Assembly (NCBI GenBank): GCA_963810935.1
Contig: CAWEPK010000011.1
Span: forward strand, 32,001 to 96,000
Length of the DNA: 64,000 bases
Source of the DNA: an uncultured delta proteobacterium
GTDB taxonomy: Bacteria > Desulfobacterota > Syntrophorhabdia > Syntrophorhabdales > WCHB1-27
Direction of reading: 5' to 3'
Numbering within the stretch: the stretch's first letter is position 1; every line of letters begins with the position of its first letter. The notes under the pieces are model-generated. The model saw nothing but the letters and a program-made list of their open reading frames with translations, was not told the origin of the DNA and did no database searches. The position numbers were made by a program, and so were the translations under genes. Shown here piece after piece: positions 10,491-21,265 of the stretch.

Positions 10491-11477
10491 TTAATCCTCG
10501 CCCACTGAGGGCTCGAGGCCCAGGTCCTTTATCATCTCCATATCGAGGCCCGGTTCCCTTCCCGAGTAAGTGAGGTATTCTCCTGTCATAAGGGAGTTGC
10601 AGCCTGCCACGATGCCGAGAGGCAGCAATTGGCGCAAGTTCGCCTCCTTCCCTCCGCAGAGCTTTATGTCCTTGTCAGGCAGGACAAACCGGAAGATCGC
10701 GATCGTGACCAGCAGCTCTAAGGGCCGAACGGAAGGTGTACCGAAAAGGGGCGTGCCGGGGAAAGCCTTGAGGATATTGACGGGCACCGAGTTCACGTCC
10801 AGCCCCTTCAGCGTAAAGGCAAACTCGATCCTCTGCTCCATCGATTCGCCCAAACCGATGATGCCGCCGCAGCAGGTGGTCAGCCCTGCCTTTTTCGCTG
10901 CCAGGATCGTGTCGATGTCTTCCTGGTAGTCGTGGGTCGTGCAGATGTTGTCGAAGTGGCTCCGCGCAGTCTCAAGGTTGTGGTGGTACCTGTACAGGCC
11001 GGCTTTCTTCAGGGCAGCGGCGCGATTTTCATCGATCATGCCCAAAGAAGCGCAGGGTCTTATGCCGAGGGCCCCGATCTCCCGCACTGCTTCGTAAATT
11101 ACTTTCCATTCCGCCTCACTGTCGATACAGGTGCCGCTCGTGACGATGCCGAACATGTGGGCGCCCGCGGCTTTGGCCCGACGGGCCGCTGCCACGATGT
11201 CGGCCTTCGGGAGGAGGTCGTAAACGGGGGAGGCCGTCTCGTAATGGACCGACTGGATGCAGAACCTGCAATTTTCCGGGCACTTTCCCGATTTTGCGTT
11301 TACGATCCCGCAGATGTTGACCCTTTTCCCCTTGAAAAACTCCCTGATCTCGGACGCAACCGCCATAAGCGCGAAAGGCCTTTGCGCGCCGATCTCGCAA
11401 AGCCCGGCTGCTTCCTCCTGCCGTATGTCCCTTCCCTTTATTGCCCGCTCTTTGAGTTCCTGAAGCAGATCGCCCAT
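10491..11477 (-). CDS. bioB: Biotin synthase (radical SAM)
   Basis: NAKSGKCPENCRFC.QS (CxxxCxxC), YHHNLET, CCGGIIGLGE, SVPVN, G.YLT..GR. Confidence 0.95.
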   Translation of the reverse strand: MGDLLQELKERAIKGRDIRQEEAAGLCEIGAQRPFALMAVASEIREFFKGKRVNICGIVNAKSGKCPENCRFCIQSVHYETASPVYDLLPKADIVAAARRAKAAGAHMFGIVTSGTCIDSEAEWKVIYEAVREIGALGIRPCASLGMIDENRAAALKKAGLYRYHHNLETARSHFDNICTTHDYQEDIDTILAAKKAGLTTCCGGIIGLGESMEQRIEFAFTLKGLDVNSVPVNILKAFPGTPLFGTPSVRPLELLVTIAIFRFVLPDKDIKLCGGKEANLRQLLPLGIVAGCNSLMTGEYLTYSGREPGLDMEMIKDLGLEPSVGED

Positions 11478-11604
11478 TTGCGTTCCTTCTCTTGTCGTGA
11501 TTGCCCGGCTTTGACCGCCCGACCGGCTGATAGAATAACACAATGTTCGGCAAAATTATCCCGGTTTAGGAACATAACGGGCACCGGCATCATTCGTTTT
11601 TTTA

Positions 11605-11673
11605 TTGACAGGGTGGGAGAGCCGTGATATTTTAGATCAGTTCACATACGTAACTTGTGTTTACATATGTGAA
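11605..11673 (+). promoter_or_regulatory. sigma70 promoter plus palindromic IclR-type operator
   Basis: TTGACA 11605-10, 17 bp, TATTTT 11628-33; inverted repeat TTCACATACGTAA (11641-53) / TTACATATGTGAA (11661-73). Confidence 0.65.
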
Positions 11674-11710
11674 GACAATAGAGACCCCGGCATGAAGGAG
11701 AGGCACCGGC

Positions 11711-12493
11711 ATGGCGGTAGTTAAATCGGCCGATAGGGTCGTGCTTATACTCGAGGCGATCGCCGAGAGTAAGACGGGCTTGAGTCACGGGGAGATTTCA
11801 AGAAATCTGCGTATCCCCGGTGGAAGCCTGTCATTGCTTCTATCCAACCTAGTCAACCGGGGCTACCTTTCGTACGAACCGCTCGGAAAACTTTATCTCC
11901 TCGGCCCAGGGCTGCTTGTCCTGACGGGCCGCTACCTGAAGAGCCTCGACATCGTTACGGCGGGCAGGCCCATCCTCCACAATCTGGTCGGCGAAATGAA
12001 CGAAGACGCCGAGATCGCCGTGAAAAGAGGCGACCAGGTCATCTTCCTGTATAAAGAGGAATCGCAGAGACCGGTCAAGTATTCCATCGCGCCGGGAGAG
12101 CTTGCGCCCCTTTTCGCCACGTCGGCAGGCAAGTGCATACTCGCATTCGAGGCGGAAGACGAGATCGCGGCCTACCTCGACAGGGTAGCCCTTTCCGCTA
12201 CAACGGAGAACACAATCACCGACAGGGCAGCGCTTCTGCGCGAACTCCACACCATACGCCAAAAAGGCATCGCATACGGCAAGGAAGAGTACCAGAAAGG
12301 CATCTGCGGCATCGCTACGCCCGTGTTCGACATTTACGGCGTCCTTGCCGGGGCCTTAGTGGCTACCTTGCAGGCCGATCGCTTCAACGCGAAGCACAGG
12401 GCCTTTATCGAGCCCAAGCTCCGCGAGGCGGCCCGGACGCTCTCCCGCAGGCTCGGCTTTGCCGGCAGCGAAGAGAGCGGGCCCGCACGTTGA
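11711..12493 (+). CDS. IclR-family transcriptional regulator
   Basis: VKSADRVVLILE HTH start, APLFATSAGKCILA, TENTITD, GIATPVFD. Confidence 0.93.
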   Translation: MAVVKSADRVVLILEAIAESKTGLSHGEISRNLRIPGGSLSLLLSNLVNRGYLSYEPLGKLYLLGPGLLVLTGRYLKSLDIVTAGRPILHNLVGEMNEDAEIAVKRGDQVIFLYKEESQRPVKYSIAPGELAPLFATSAGKCILAFEAEDEIAAYLDRVALSATTENTITDRAALLRELHTIRQKGIAYGKEEYQKGICGIATPVFDIYGVLAGALVATLQADRFNAKHRAFIEPKLREAARTLSRRLGFAGSEESGPAR

Positions 12494-12524
12494 GAGCGGA
12501 CTGGAGAAAGAGGCATTCACAGAC

Positions 12525-12806
12525 ATGACCATAACACTCGATTCTAACTTCATGCTCCTCGGAGACGCGGACCTGCGGACGATCGATTTCGACAGGGACG
12601 TCAGTCTGGCGGAACTTTTGAATGAGATCTCGAGCCGCTCGACCAACTCCGTGCAAATCCTCGTGACGAACGGGGCGGCGCTTGACGAGGGCTGGGAGGT
12701 CGAGGTGAATGGGTGCACCTTCTTCGGTCTGGTGGACGGGTTGGATACGCTCCTGCACGACGGAGACCGGGTGGCGATAAACCTGTCCCTCATTTGCGGC
12801 GGATAG
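12525..12806 (+). CDS. MoaD/ThiS-family (ubiquitin-like) protein
   Basis: 93 aa ending ..VEVNG...GLDTLLHDGDRVAINLSLICGG. Confidence 0.75.
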   Translation: MTITLDSNFMLLGDADLRTIDFDRDVSLAELLNEISSRSTNSVQILVTNGAALDEGWEVEVNGCTFFGLVDGLDTLLHDGDRVAINLSLICGG

Positions 12807-12850
12807 GCCAGGAGGGCTGCGTAGGTGCCAAAAATAGACTGGGAGGTATT

Positions 12851-15130
12851 ATGAAGAACTACAAGGTCGTAGGGAAGCCCGTCGAAAGAAAGGACGCCCG
12901 GGTGAAGGCTACGGGGGCAGCCCGTTATGCTGCCGACCTGACGGCCCCCGGCATGCTGCACGGTAAGATACTCCGCAGTCCTTTGGCCCACGCCCGCATC
13001 CTGAATATAGACACGAGCAGGGCAAGGGCGCTCCCCGGCGTAATGGGCGTGATCACGGGCAAGGACTTCCCCGGCATTCCCTTCGGGACCAGGCCCGACA
13101 TAAGGGACCAGCTCCCCATGCCTATAACGAAAGTCCATCACTTCGGCGAGGGCGTAGCGGCCGTAGCCGCCATCGACGAGGACACGGCGGAGGCGGCCCT
13201 TGAGCTCATCAAGGTAGATTACGAGGAGCTGCCGGTAGTGCTGACTGCTAAAGACGCCATGGCCCCGGACGCTCCATTGGTCAACGAGTTCAAGAAGACG
13301 AACATCGCCTATTTCACCGACTTCACCTTCGGCGATGTCGAGACGGGCTTCAAGGAGGCGGACTACATCAGGGAAGAGACCTTCACCTCCCAGCGCGTGA
13401 GCGTCGGCTTCATAGAGCCCCACGCCTGCCTTGCGGAAGTAGACCCTACGGGCAGGGTGCTCCTGCAGGGGTCGAAGCAGAGCCCCTATATCACGTGGCG
13501 GCACATGTGCAGGGCCATGGACATCCCCCTTGCGAAGATGAGGATCCTCAACCCCTTCGTGGGCGGCGGGTTTTCCGGAAAGCACGACCCCTTCGACGTC
13601 GATTTCGCCTCCGTGAAGCTCGCGCAGGTCACGGGCAAGGCCGTAAAGACCGTCCTCAACTACGACGAGGTCCTGGCCGCCTACAGGCAGAGGAACGCCA
13701 TGGACGCGAAGCTCAGGATCGGGGTCAAGAAGAACGGCGCCATCACGGCCCTCTATGCCGAGAACATCCTGGAAGGCGGCCCCATCTCAGGCATAGGCCC
13801 CTTCAACATCTATTACTTCGGCGCCTTCCTCAACATACCGTACAAGATACCGGCCATCGAGTATCACGGAAAGCTCGTCTACTCGAACAGGTCGCCCTGC
13901 GGCACGGTGAGGGGGCAGGAGATAGTCCTTGCCCAGTTCTGCATTGATTCGCTCCTCCATATGGTGGGCGAGGAGATCGGCGTGGACCCCGTCGAGCTGC
14001 GCGCCATCAACGCGGTGCCGAACAACTGGCACTGCGCCAACGGCATCGTCGTAGACGTCTCCGGCCTTTCAGAGTGCATTGCGCAGTCTTCGGAGAAGAT
14101 CGGCTGGAAGGAGTCCAGGAAGTCGCGGCCCGAAGGCCGGGGTATAGGCTTCAGTTGCGCGTCCCATCCGTCGGGACCGAGGCTCGGCGGCCACTTCGGC
14201 TCTTCCGTCATGATGAAGCTCCTCGAAGACGGCCAGGTGATCGTCACGCACGGCGCGACGGAGATCGGACAGGGCGCGAACACGGTCTTCTGCCAGATGG
14301 CGGCCGAGGAGCTGGGCCTGCCCTACGAGGACATCCTTCAGGGAGTGAGCGACTCGGACACGACGATCTTCGACTCGGGCATGTTCGGCGACCGCGCGAC
14401 CTTCTGGGACGGCAACGCTACGATAGCTGCGGCCAGAGACTTGAAGAAACAGCTTGCGGACATATGCGCGCCCTCCCTTAAAGCGGCGCCGGAGGAGATA
14501 GAGTTCGAAGACAAGCGCGTCTTCGTGAGGGGCGAGCCGGAGCGGGGGATCGACTGGCTCCAGGCTGTGCGGAAGGCGTACTACGAGAAAGGGGCGCCCC
14601 TTTACGGCCGCGGGACCTGGGCGGCCCTCGATATCGACATCGTTGACTGGAAGACGGGCAAAGGCAACCTCGTCCACGGCCTCGACTTCATCGCTACGGC
14701 GGTGGAAGTCGATGTGGATAAGGAGACGGGCAAGGTGAACCTTATCAAGGCAGTCCACGGCGACGACGCCGGGCAGCCCATCAACCCGGCGACGCTGGAA
14801 GGCCAGGTGAACGGCGGCAGCGCGCACATGTCCGGCCACGCACTCTACGAGGAATCGTTCTACGACGAGAAAGGGCGCGCTTTGAACTATAGTTGGCGCG
14901 ACTACAAGCAGCCGACGGCCCTCGACGTTCCCGAGTACCACGTGGAGCACGTGCACACGCACGACCCGTACGGTCCTTTCGGCGCGAAGGGCGCAGGCGA
15001 GGCAAGCTCATGCTCAACGATGGCCGCTATAGCCAACGGCATTTACGACGCAGTAGGAGTGCGCATCAAGGACCTGCCCATCACGCCGGAGAAGATTCTC
15101 GCGGCGCTCAAGGTAAAGGAGGGCAAGTGA
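12851..15130 (+). CDS. Xanthine dehydrogenase family molybdopterin-binding subunit (aroyl-CoA reductase/hydroxylase-like), copy 1
   Basis: KATGAARYAADL, RSPLAHARI, GGGFSGK, EIGQG, GPFGAKGAGE, LPITPEKIL; RBS GGAGG. Confidence 0.93.
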   Translation: MKNYKVVGKPVERKDARVKATGAARYAADLTAPGMLHGKILRSPLAHARILNIDTSRARALPGVMGVITGKDFPGIPFGTRPDIRDQLPMPITKVHHFGEGVAAVAAIDEDTAEAALELIKVDYEELPVVLTAKDAMAPDAPLVNEFKKTNIAYFTDFTFGDVETGFKEADYIREETFTSQRVSVGFIEPHACLAEVDPTGRVLLQGSKQSPYITWRHMCRAMDIPLAKMRILNPFVGGGFSGKHDPFDVDFASVKLAQVTGKAVKTVLNYDEVLAAYRQRNAMDAKLRIGVKKNGAITALYAENILEGGPISGIGPFNIYYFGAFLNIPYKIPAIEYHGKLVYSNRSPCGTVRGQEIVLAQFCIDSLLHMVGEEIGVDPVELRAINAVPNNWHCANGIVVDVSGLSECIAQSSEKIGWKESRKSRPEGRGIGFSCASHPSGPRLGGHFGSSVMMKLLEDGQVIVTHGATEIGQGANTVFCQMAAEELGLPYEDILQGVSDSDTTIFDSGMFGDRATFWDGNATIAAARDLKKQLADICAPSLKAAPEEIEFEDKRVFVRGEPERGIDWLQAVRKAYYEKGAPLYGRGTWAALDIDIVDWKTGKGNLVHGLDFIATAVEVDVDKETGKVNLIKAVHGDDAGQPINPATLEGQVNGGSAHMSGHALYEESFYDEKGRALNYSWRDYKQPTALDVPEYHVEHVHTHDPYGPFGAKGAGEASSCSTMAAIANGIYDAVGVRIKDLPITPEKILAALKVKEGK

Positions 15131-16014
15131 TGTTTATACGAAGATTATCCCCATTCGAATACCACACGCCGGCAAGCGTGAGTGAGGCCCTGGGCCTTAT
15201 GGGCCGGTTCGGACAGGCCGGACGGCTGATAGCGGGGGGCACGGACCTTCTGATCGCAATGAAGAAGCGCGAGGTCGCCGCCGGCCACCTTATCAGCCTG
15301 GCCGGAATCAACGCATTGAAGGGCATAAGCTTTGACGAGAAGTCGGGCCTTCGCATCGGCAGCCTTACGACGCTGGCCGAGATCGAGGCCTCCGACGCGA
15401 TAAAGAAAACCTACGCACCCCTATGGGACGCGGTCAACGTAATGGCCTCCGCCCAGGTTAGGACGATAGCCACTATCGGTGGGAACCTGTGCAGCGCCGC
15501 CCCGTCGGCCGATACCGCCGCTCCGCTCATCGCGCTCGGGGCGTCCGTTCAGGTTTCAGGGCCGAAAGGCGACAGGACGATACCGATAGAAGACTTCTTC
15601 ACCGGACCCAAGGCATGCGCCTGTGGAACGGAAGAGATAGTGACGGCCGTAATGGTGCCCAAGCCCGCTCCCCTTTCCGGGGGCTGCTACCTGAAACTGA
15701 TGCGCAGAAGCGCCATGGACCTCGCGCTGGTCGGCGCGGCCGCCTGTCTCACCGTGGACGACAAAGGCGTTTGCAAAGCAGCGAGGATTGCCCTGGCTGC
15801 CGTGGCCCCTACACCTATCCGGGTGCCTGAGGTGGAAGAGCGGCTCGTCGGGAAGGCCCTCGACGAAGCGGTGGCCGTTGCAGCCGGCAACATCGCGGGC
15901 GCGCAGTGCCGCCCCATCACGGACCTCAGGGCGTCGCTCGAATATCGCTGCGAAATGGTGGGGGTACTTACAAAAAGGGCCGTCATGGAAGCCACAAGAC
16001 GGATCGTTGGTTAA
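15130..16014 (+). CDS. XDH-family FAD-binding subunit (no HcrB Cys insert)
   Basis: IAGGTDL, QVRTIATIGGNLCSAAPSAD, DLRASLEYR; TGA/ATG overlap with upstream gene. Confidence 0.92.
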   Translation: MFIRRLSPFEYHTPASVSEALGLMGRFGQAGRLIAGGTDLLIAMKKREVAAGHLISLAGINALKGISFDEKSGLRIGSLTTLAEIEASDAIKKTYAPLWDAVNVMASAQVRTIATIGGNLCSAAPSADTAAPLIALGASVQVSGPKGDRTIPIEDFFTGPKACACGTEEIVTAVMVPKPAPLSGGCYLKLMRRSAMDLALVGAAACLTVDDKGVCKAARIALAAVAPTPIRVPEVEERLVGKALDEAVAVAAGNIAGAQCRPITDLRASLEYRCEMVGVLTKRAVMEATRRIVG

Positions 16015-16024
16015 TGGAGGCGAC

Positions 16025-16507
16025 ATGAAGCAGGATATAGTGCTGAAAGTAAACGGGGAGACTTATAACGTCAGCGTAGATACGCACAGGACACTCGTGG
16101 AGGTCCTCCGCGAAACGCTCGGTTTTACCGGGACCAAGAAATCTTGCAATGAAGGGGAATGCGGTGCCTGCACGGTGCTCATGGACGGAAAAGCCGTCGC
16201 CTCCTGCCTCATCCTGGCGGTTGCCGCACAGGGGAAGGAAATCACGACTATAGAGGGCCTCAACGAGGGAGAGAAACTCCATCCCATCCAGGAGGCATTT
16301 GTTAAGCACGCGGCTATCCAGTGCGGCTTCTGCACGCCGGGCATGGTGCTGGCGTCGAAGGCCCTGTTGGACCGGAACCCCGAGCCGACGACGGCCGAGG
16401 TGCGAAAGGCGATCTCGGGAAATCTCTGCCGGTGCACGGGATACCAGCAGATCGTCGATGCCGTAATGGCGGCTGCTGCTGCGATGAAGGCCGGTATGCC
16501 CGTCTAG
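16025..16507 (+). CDS. XDH-family (2Fe-2S) subunit
   Basis: GTKKSCNEGECGACTV, QCGFCTPG, GNLCRCTGY. Confidence 0.95.
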   Translation: MKQDIVLKVNGETYNVSVDTHRTLVEVLRETLGFTGTKKSCNEGECGACTVLMDGKAVASCLILAVAAQGKEITTIEGLNEGEKLHPIQEAFVKHAAIQCGFCTPGMVLASKALLDRNPEPTTAEVRKAISGNLCRCTGYQQIVDAVMAAAAAMKAGMPV

Positions 16508-16537
16508 AGGCCCGCTCAAAGAGAGAAGGAGGAGCAA

Positions 16538-18205
16538 ATGCTCGAAGGCTTCGTGTCTTATCCCGAGTCTTTTGTGAAACTGTACAGGGAGAGGGGCCTG
16601 TGGGTCGATAAGACCATGGGGGAGGAACTGGATGGGGCCGTCGCCCGCTACGGCGACAGGGTGGCGCTGGCCTGCAACGGCCGGCACGTCACATACAGGG
16701 AGCTCGGCGAGAAAGCGACCCGCCTCGCCCTCCACTTCATAGACAAGGGCCTTCGGACCTACGACCGCATTATCATGCAGCTCCCGAACGAGCTGGAGTT
16801 CGCATACTGTTTCTACGCGGCTGCCAAGATAGGGGCCATCCCCATCATGTCGCTGCCTGCCCACAGAAGTCCCGAGATAACGTTTTTTGCGCAGTTCACC
16901 GGCGCGCGGGCGCATTTCATGCCTGCCGGCTACAAGGACTTTTCCCATCAGGCCCTCTCGCGCGAGGTGCGGGAGAAGGCGCCCGGCATGACGCTCCAGT
17001 TCGTCTCCGGCGGCCCTGTAGAAGAGGGTTTCATCTCGATATCGGACCTGCTCGAAGACAGGATCGAAGAGCACGTGCCTGCAAGCCGGCTCGCCGACTT
17101 CCGCCCTGACCCCCTGGAACCGGGCATTTTCCAGCTTTCCGGCGGGACGACGGGTGTCCCCAAGATCATCCCGAGGACCCACAACGACTACAGCCTCAAC
17201 TTCAAGGCGGTCGCCGACATCTGCGCTGTCAACGAGCAGTCGGTCGTCGGTATCGCCATCCCGGTCAACCATAACTTTGCCCTTTCGTGCCCCGGCCTCT
17301 TAGGCGGCCTTTGCAGCGGGGCGAAGGTCGTCCTTATCGGGAGCCCGAGGACGGAGACCGTGCTGGACGCGATCCAGAAAGAGAAGATCACCATCATGCC
17401 TACGCCCCCCGCCCTTCTCATAAGGTGGATGGAGTTCCCCCGGCTTAGCGAGTATGACCTGTCTTCCCTGCGCTACGTAATTGCGGGCGGGGCCAGGCTC
17501 GTTGCGGAGGTGGCTAGGAAGATCCGCCCTGTGCTGGGCTGCGATTATTTCCAGAACCTCGGCATGGGCGAGGGCATGGGCTTCTGGAGCCGCATCGGAG
17601 ACGGGGAAGACCTGCTTCTCAACTCGCAGGGCGCGCCCATGTTTGAGGAGGACGAAGTCCGCGTGGTCGACGAGAACGAAAAGGATGTGCCTTACGGGGA
17701 GAGGGGGAGCTGCTCGTGCGCGGTCCGATAACGATCAGGGGCTACTACAACTCGCCCGAATACAACAAGAAGGCATTCACCGCAGACGGCTTCTACAGGA
17801 CCGGCGACGTAGTGCGGATGTACAAGGGGCGCTACCTCTCCGTCGATGGGAGGATCAAAGGATACGATAAACCGGGGCGCGGAGAAGATTAGCGCCGAGG
17901 AGGTGGAAAACCAGATCCTGGCGCACCCGGACGTCGAGAACTGCGCCTATGTCGCAATGCCCGACCGGGTGCTGGGCGAGAAGGCGTGCGCCTTCGTCCT
18001 CCCCAAGCCGGGAAAGACGCTTAACCTCCAGGGCCTTCAGGCGTTTCTCAAGGACGAGAGGAACGTCACAGTATTCAAGCTGCCGGAACGGTTGGAAATA
18101 GTCGATACCTTTCCTATGACGAACATAGGCAAGATCGACAAGAAGGAGTTTCGCCGCATTATAGCAGAAAAGATCGAGGCCGAAGAGAAGGGAGGTGGGC
18201 ATTAA
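16538..18205 (+). CDS. Aryl-acid adenylating enzyme, DhbE/EntE/salicylate-ligase-like; two compensating frameshifts (~17703 and ~17857)
   Basis: [35 protein letters not shown]; middle frame [20 protein letters not shown]; end [27 protein letters not shown]. Confidence 0.88.
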
Positions 18206-18465
18206 GCCTTGGGGGCAAGGCTGCAAATAAAAAATCACCGATCATAGGAGAAAAAGATACCTACGGCCTATCAGTATTAAGGGTCGTACGATATTAACAA
18301 GAGGACCGGGCGCGCCGGCTGTTTCATCGCGGCGCGCCCGATTATTACCCCACCCATCCGACCGCACATTCCTTCTGTTGACAACGAGTGCGGGGCCGTG
18401 TGATCATAGCTGGTGCAGCCCATCTGCCCTACATCCGCGACCGGCAAAAGGACAAACGATCCATC

Positions 18466-19660
18466 ATGACCGAGCACATCGAGCTTACGCCGAAAGAAGA
18501 GATATTTAGCCGCATCGGCCGCCTCAGGCAAAGCATGGGAGACGCCGGCATCGATTTCTGCGTCATCATGCAAAACGTGGACATGTACTATTTCACGGGG
18601 ACCGTCCAGAAGGGGACGCTCGTGGTGTCTGTCGAGGGCGACCCCATCTTCTTCGTGGAAAAAAGCGCGGAGCGGGCCGTATCCGAGACGCCGCTCGCAA
18701 TCACCGCGATAAAACGCGACAGGGATATAAAGGACGTCCTTCTCAGCAGGAAGGTACTCAGGGGGAGAGGGGCGATGGAGCTCGATGTCATCCCCGTTTC
18801 CGTTTTCGAGAGGTTCAAGGGCATTGTCGGCTTCGAGAGCTTTCGTCAATGCGACGCCCCTCGTGAAGGGGCTGCGGGAGACAAAGAGCGCATTCGAGCT
18901 CGACCAGGTCAGGAAATCGGGCGCGATAATGCGTCACGTCTTTGCGAAGGCGAGGGAGGTGATCGCCGAAGACCTGCGCGAGCTCGACATCGACGCGGAG
19001 CTGATCGCCGAAGGCAGAAGGCGGGGCCACCAGGGGTTTTTGCGGATGAGGGGCTTCAACCTGGAAATGACGACCATTACCGTCGCCAACGGCCTCACTG
19101 CCGCCCTGCCGTCTCCCTCCGATGTCCCCGTCGGCGGCCGCGGGGTAACGCCCGCCATACCCATGGGGTCGTCGCAAAAAAAGATCGAGAAAGGCATACC
19201 GATCTGCATCGATTACGGCGGAGGATACAACGGATACGTGACGGACGAGACATACGTCTTCGTCATCGGGAAGATGGAAGAGAAGTACAGGCTGCCGTAC
19301 GAGACGTCAAGGCGGATCCTCGATGACGCGATGGCTTTCGGCAGGGAAGGGGTCGATGCGGTCGAGCTTTACGAGAGGGCGGCCGCAATAGCGAAAAAGG
19401 CGGGCCTTACAGACAATTTCATGGGCTTCGGCGAGGGCAAGGTTTCTTTTGTCGGACACGGCCTGGGCCTTGAGATCAACGAGCTGCCCGTAATCACGGC
19501 GAGGCACCACACGGCGCTTCGCGAAGGGATGGTCTTCGCCTTCGAGCCTAAATTCGTGCTCCCCAATCAGGGGTCGATAGGGGTGGAGCTCGATTTTATA
19601 GTCCGAAAAAACGGTCTTGAGCGGGTGACGGACATCACCCCCAACATAGTATATCTGTAA
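18466..19660 (+). CDS. M24 (Xaa-Pro aminopeptidase/creatinase fold) family protein; frameshift ~18842
   Basis: N-terminal creatinase-like domain, then DYGGGYNGYVTD.T, GHGLGLEINE.P, EPK; removing one T joins the frames (FESFVNATP). Confidence 0.85.
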
Positions 19661-19741
19661 TGTCGTATCACGCGCATTCCGACGTATTTACCGTGCAAAA
19701 AGCGTTCTTGCAAATGTCCGTCGATGTCTGTACAATCAAAC

Positions 19742-21265
19742 ATGGCCATTGCTTCTATTCTAAAAAAGCATCAGGCCGACATCGTAGACGAGTGGGTCCG
19801 CCGGCTCCACGAATCGGAAAGCCCCAGGTACCACGGCCGCCCGTTCGATGAACTTTACCTAACCGTCTCCAGGGCCAACGCAGGTAACTACGCCGTCCTC
19901 GTACACGACGACTATTCGGCCATAAACAGCCATATCGAGTGGATCAGCAAGCTGCGCCTGGAGGGCGGGTTCTCCCTTTCGGATGTCCAGCACGCCTACG
20001 AGCTTTACCGCTCGATCCTCACGCCTACCCTCCTTGCGCAGCTTTCCGGCAAAGAGCTTTCCGCGACGATAGACAAGCTCAACGCATGTCTCTTCTACAC
20101 GATAACGAGGTTCAGCGACTACTTCCAGTCCCTCCATGAAGCGCGCATACGGGAGCACGCGCGCGAGCTGGAGCACAAGGTGGATGAGCGGACGAAGGAG
20201 CTTGCCGAATCGGAGTCGAAGTACCGCGTCCTCGTCGAAGAGATCAACGACGGCTATTTCGTTGTGCAGGACGGCCTGATCGTCTTTGCGAACCCGGCCT
20301 ACTGCGAGCTTCACGGGTATACCGCAGGCGAGATCATCGGCAAGCCGTACACCGAGCTTATCGCACCCCGGTCCCTGCCTGCTGTTTCGAGGTTCTATCA
20401 GAAAAGGGTGGCCGGGGCGGAGAGCAAAGACCTCTATGCGTACCTGCGGCGCGACAAGAGCGGTATGAGTCGCCCGACGGAGAATAAGGTTAAGCGCATA
20501 ACTTACGACGGCCGTCCGGCGGTGGCAGGCATCTGCCGCGACATAACGGAGCGCATAGAGACGGAAAAGCGGATAAGGGAGGCGGAGCGCTTTGCCTATA
20601 TCGGCAAACTGACAACATCCCTGGCCCACGAGATAAGGAACCCCCTGTGCTCCGTCAAGCTCAACAGCCAGATCCTCCTCAAGAACACGCCCTTCGGCGG
20701 CAACGACAAAAGACGCATGGAGATCGTGGTGCATGAGATATCGAGGCTCGAGCGGATACTCGACGAGATGCTTGACTACGCGAAGCCCTTGAGTCTCAAG
20801 ATGCAGATGGGCTCTCTCAAGAAAATCATCGATTCCTGCCTGGAGACAATAGACGTGCGGATAAGGGAAAAAGGGATCGAGGTGAAGAAACGGTACTCCG
20901 ACCGCCGCATGGGCCGGCTGCTCTTCGACGGGGAAAAGATGGAGCAGGCCATGATCAACATACTCATCAACGCGGTAGACGCCATCCAGAAGGGCGGCGT
21001 TATCGAGATTACGTCGAAAACAGCGCCCGGGAACGGTGCGTCGCTCAGGGTCGAGATATGCGACAACGGGCAGGGTATACCCGCGGAGGACCTGCCCTTC
21101 GTCTTCGACCCTTTTTTCAGCCGTAAGAAAGGCGGCACGGGCCTGGGCCTCGTGAACGTCAAGAAGATCGTCGAGGCGCACGGGGGCCGTGTAGACCTCG
21201 TATCCAGGAAACCCAAAGGCACGATTCTCGGCTTCACCTTGCCGGTTAAGGAGGAATTGCCTTGA
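19742..21265 (+). CDS. Cytoplasmic sensor histidine kinase (N-terminal RsbR-N-like helical domain, PAS, HisKA, HATPase)
   Basis: LAHEIRNPL, NILINAVDA, DNGQGI, FDPFFS, GGTGLGL; PAS segment ESESKYR..FANPA..RDITE; no TM helix seen. Confidence 0.92.
   Translation: MAIASILKKHQADIVDEWVRRLHESESPRYHGRPFDELYLTVSRANAGNYAVLVHDDYSAINSHIEWISKLRLEGGFSLSDVQHAYELYRSILTPTLLAQLSGKELSATIDKLNACLFYTITRFSDYFQSLHEARIREHARELEHKVDERTKELAESESKYRVLVEEINDGYFVVQDGLIVFANPAYCELHGYTAGEIIGKPYTELIAPRSLPAVSRFYQKRVAGAESKDLYAYLRRDKSGMSRPTENKVKRITYDGRPAVAGICRDITERIETEKRIREAERFAYIGKLTTSLAHEIRNPLCSVKLNSQILLKNTPFGGNDKRRMEIVVHEISRLERILDEMLDYAKPLSLKMQMGSLKKIIDSCLETIDVRIREKGIEVKKRYSDRRMGRLLFDGEKMEQAMINILINAVDAIQKGGVIEITSKTAPGNGASLRVEICDNGQGIPAEDLPFVFDPFFSRKKGGTGLGLVNVKKIVEAHGGRVDLVSRKPKGTILGFTLPVKEELP

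Noticed and set aside
16538..18205. Siderophore/NRPS cluster suggested by the DhbE-like enzymes
   Set aside because: No carrier protein, condensation domain or isochorismate genes; the context is catabolic.
18205..18222. Hairpin after the DhbE-like ligase as a terminator
   Set aside because: 7-bp stem followed by an A-rich rather than U-rich tract on the + strand.
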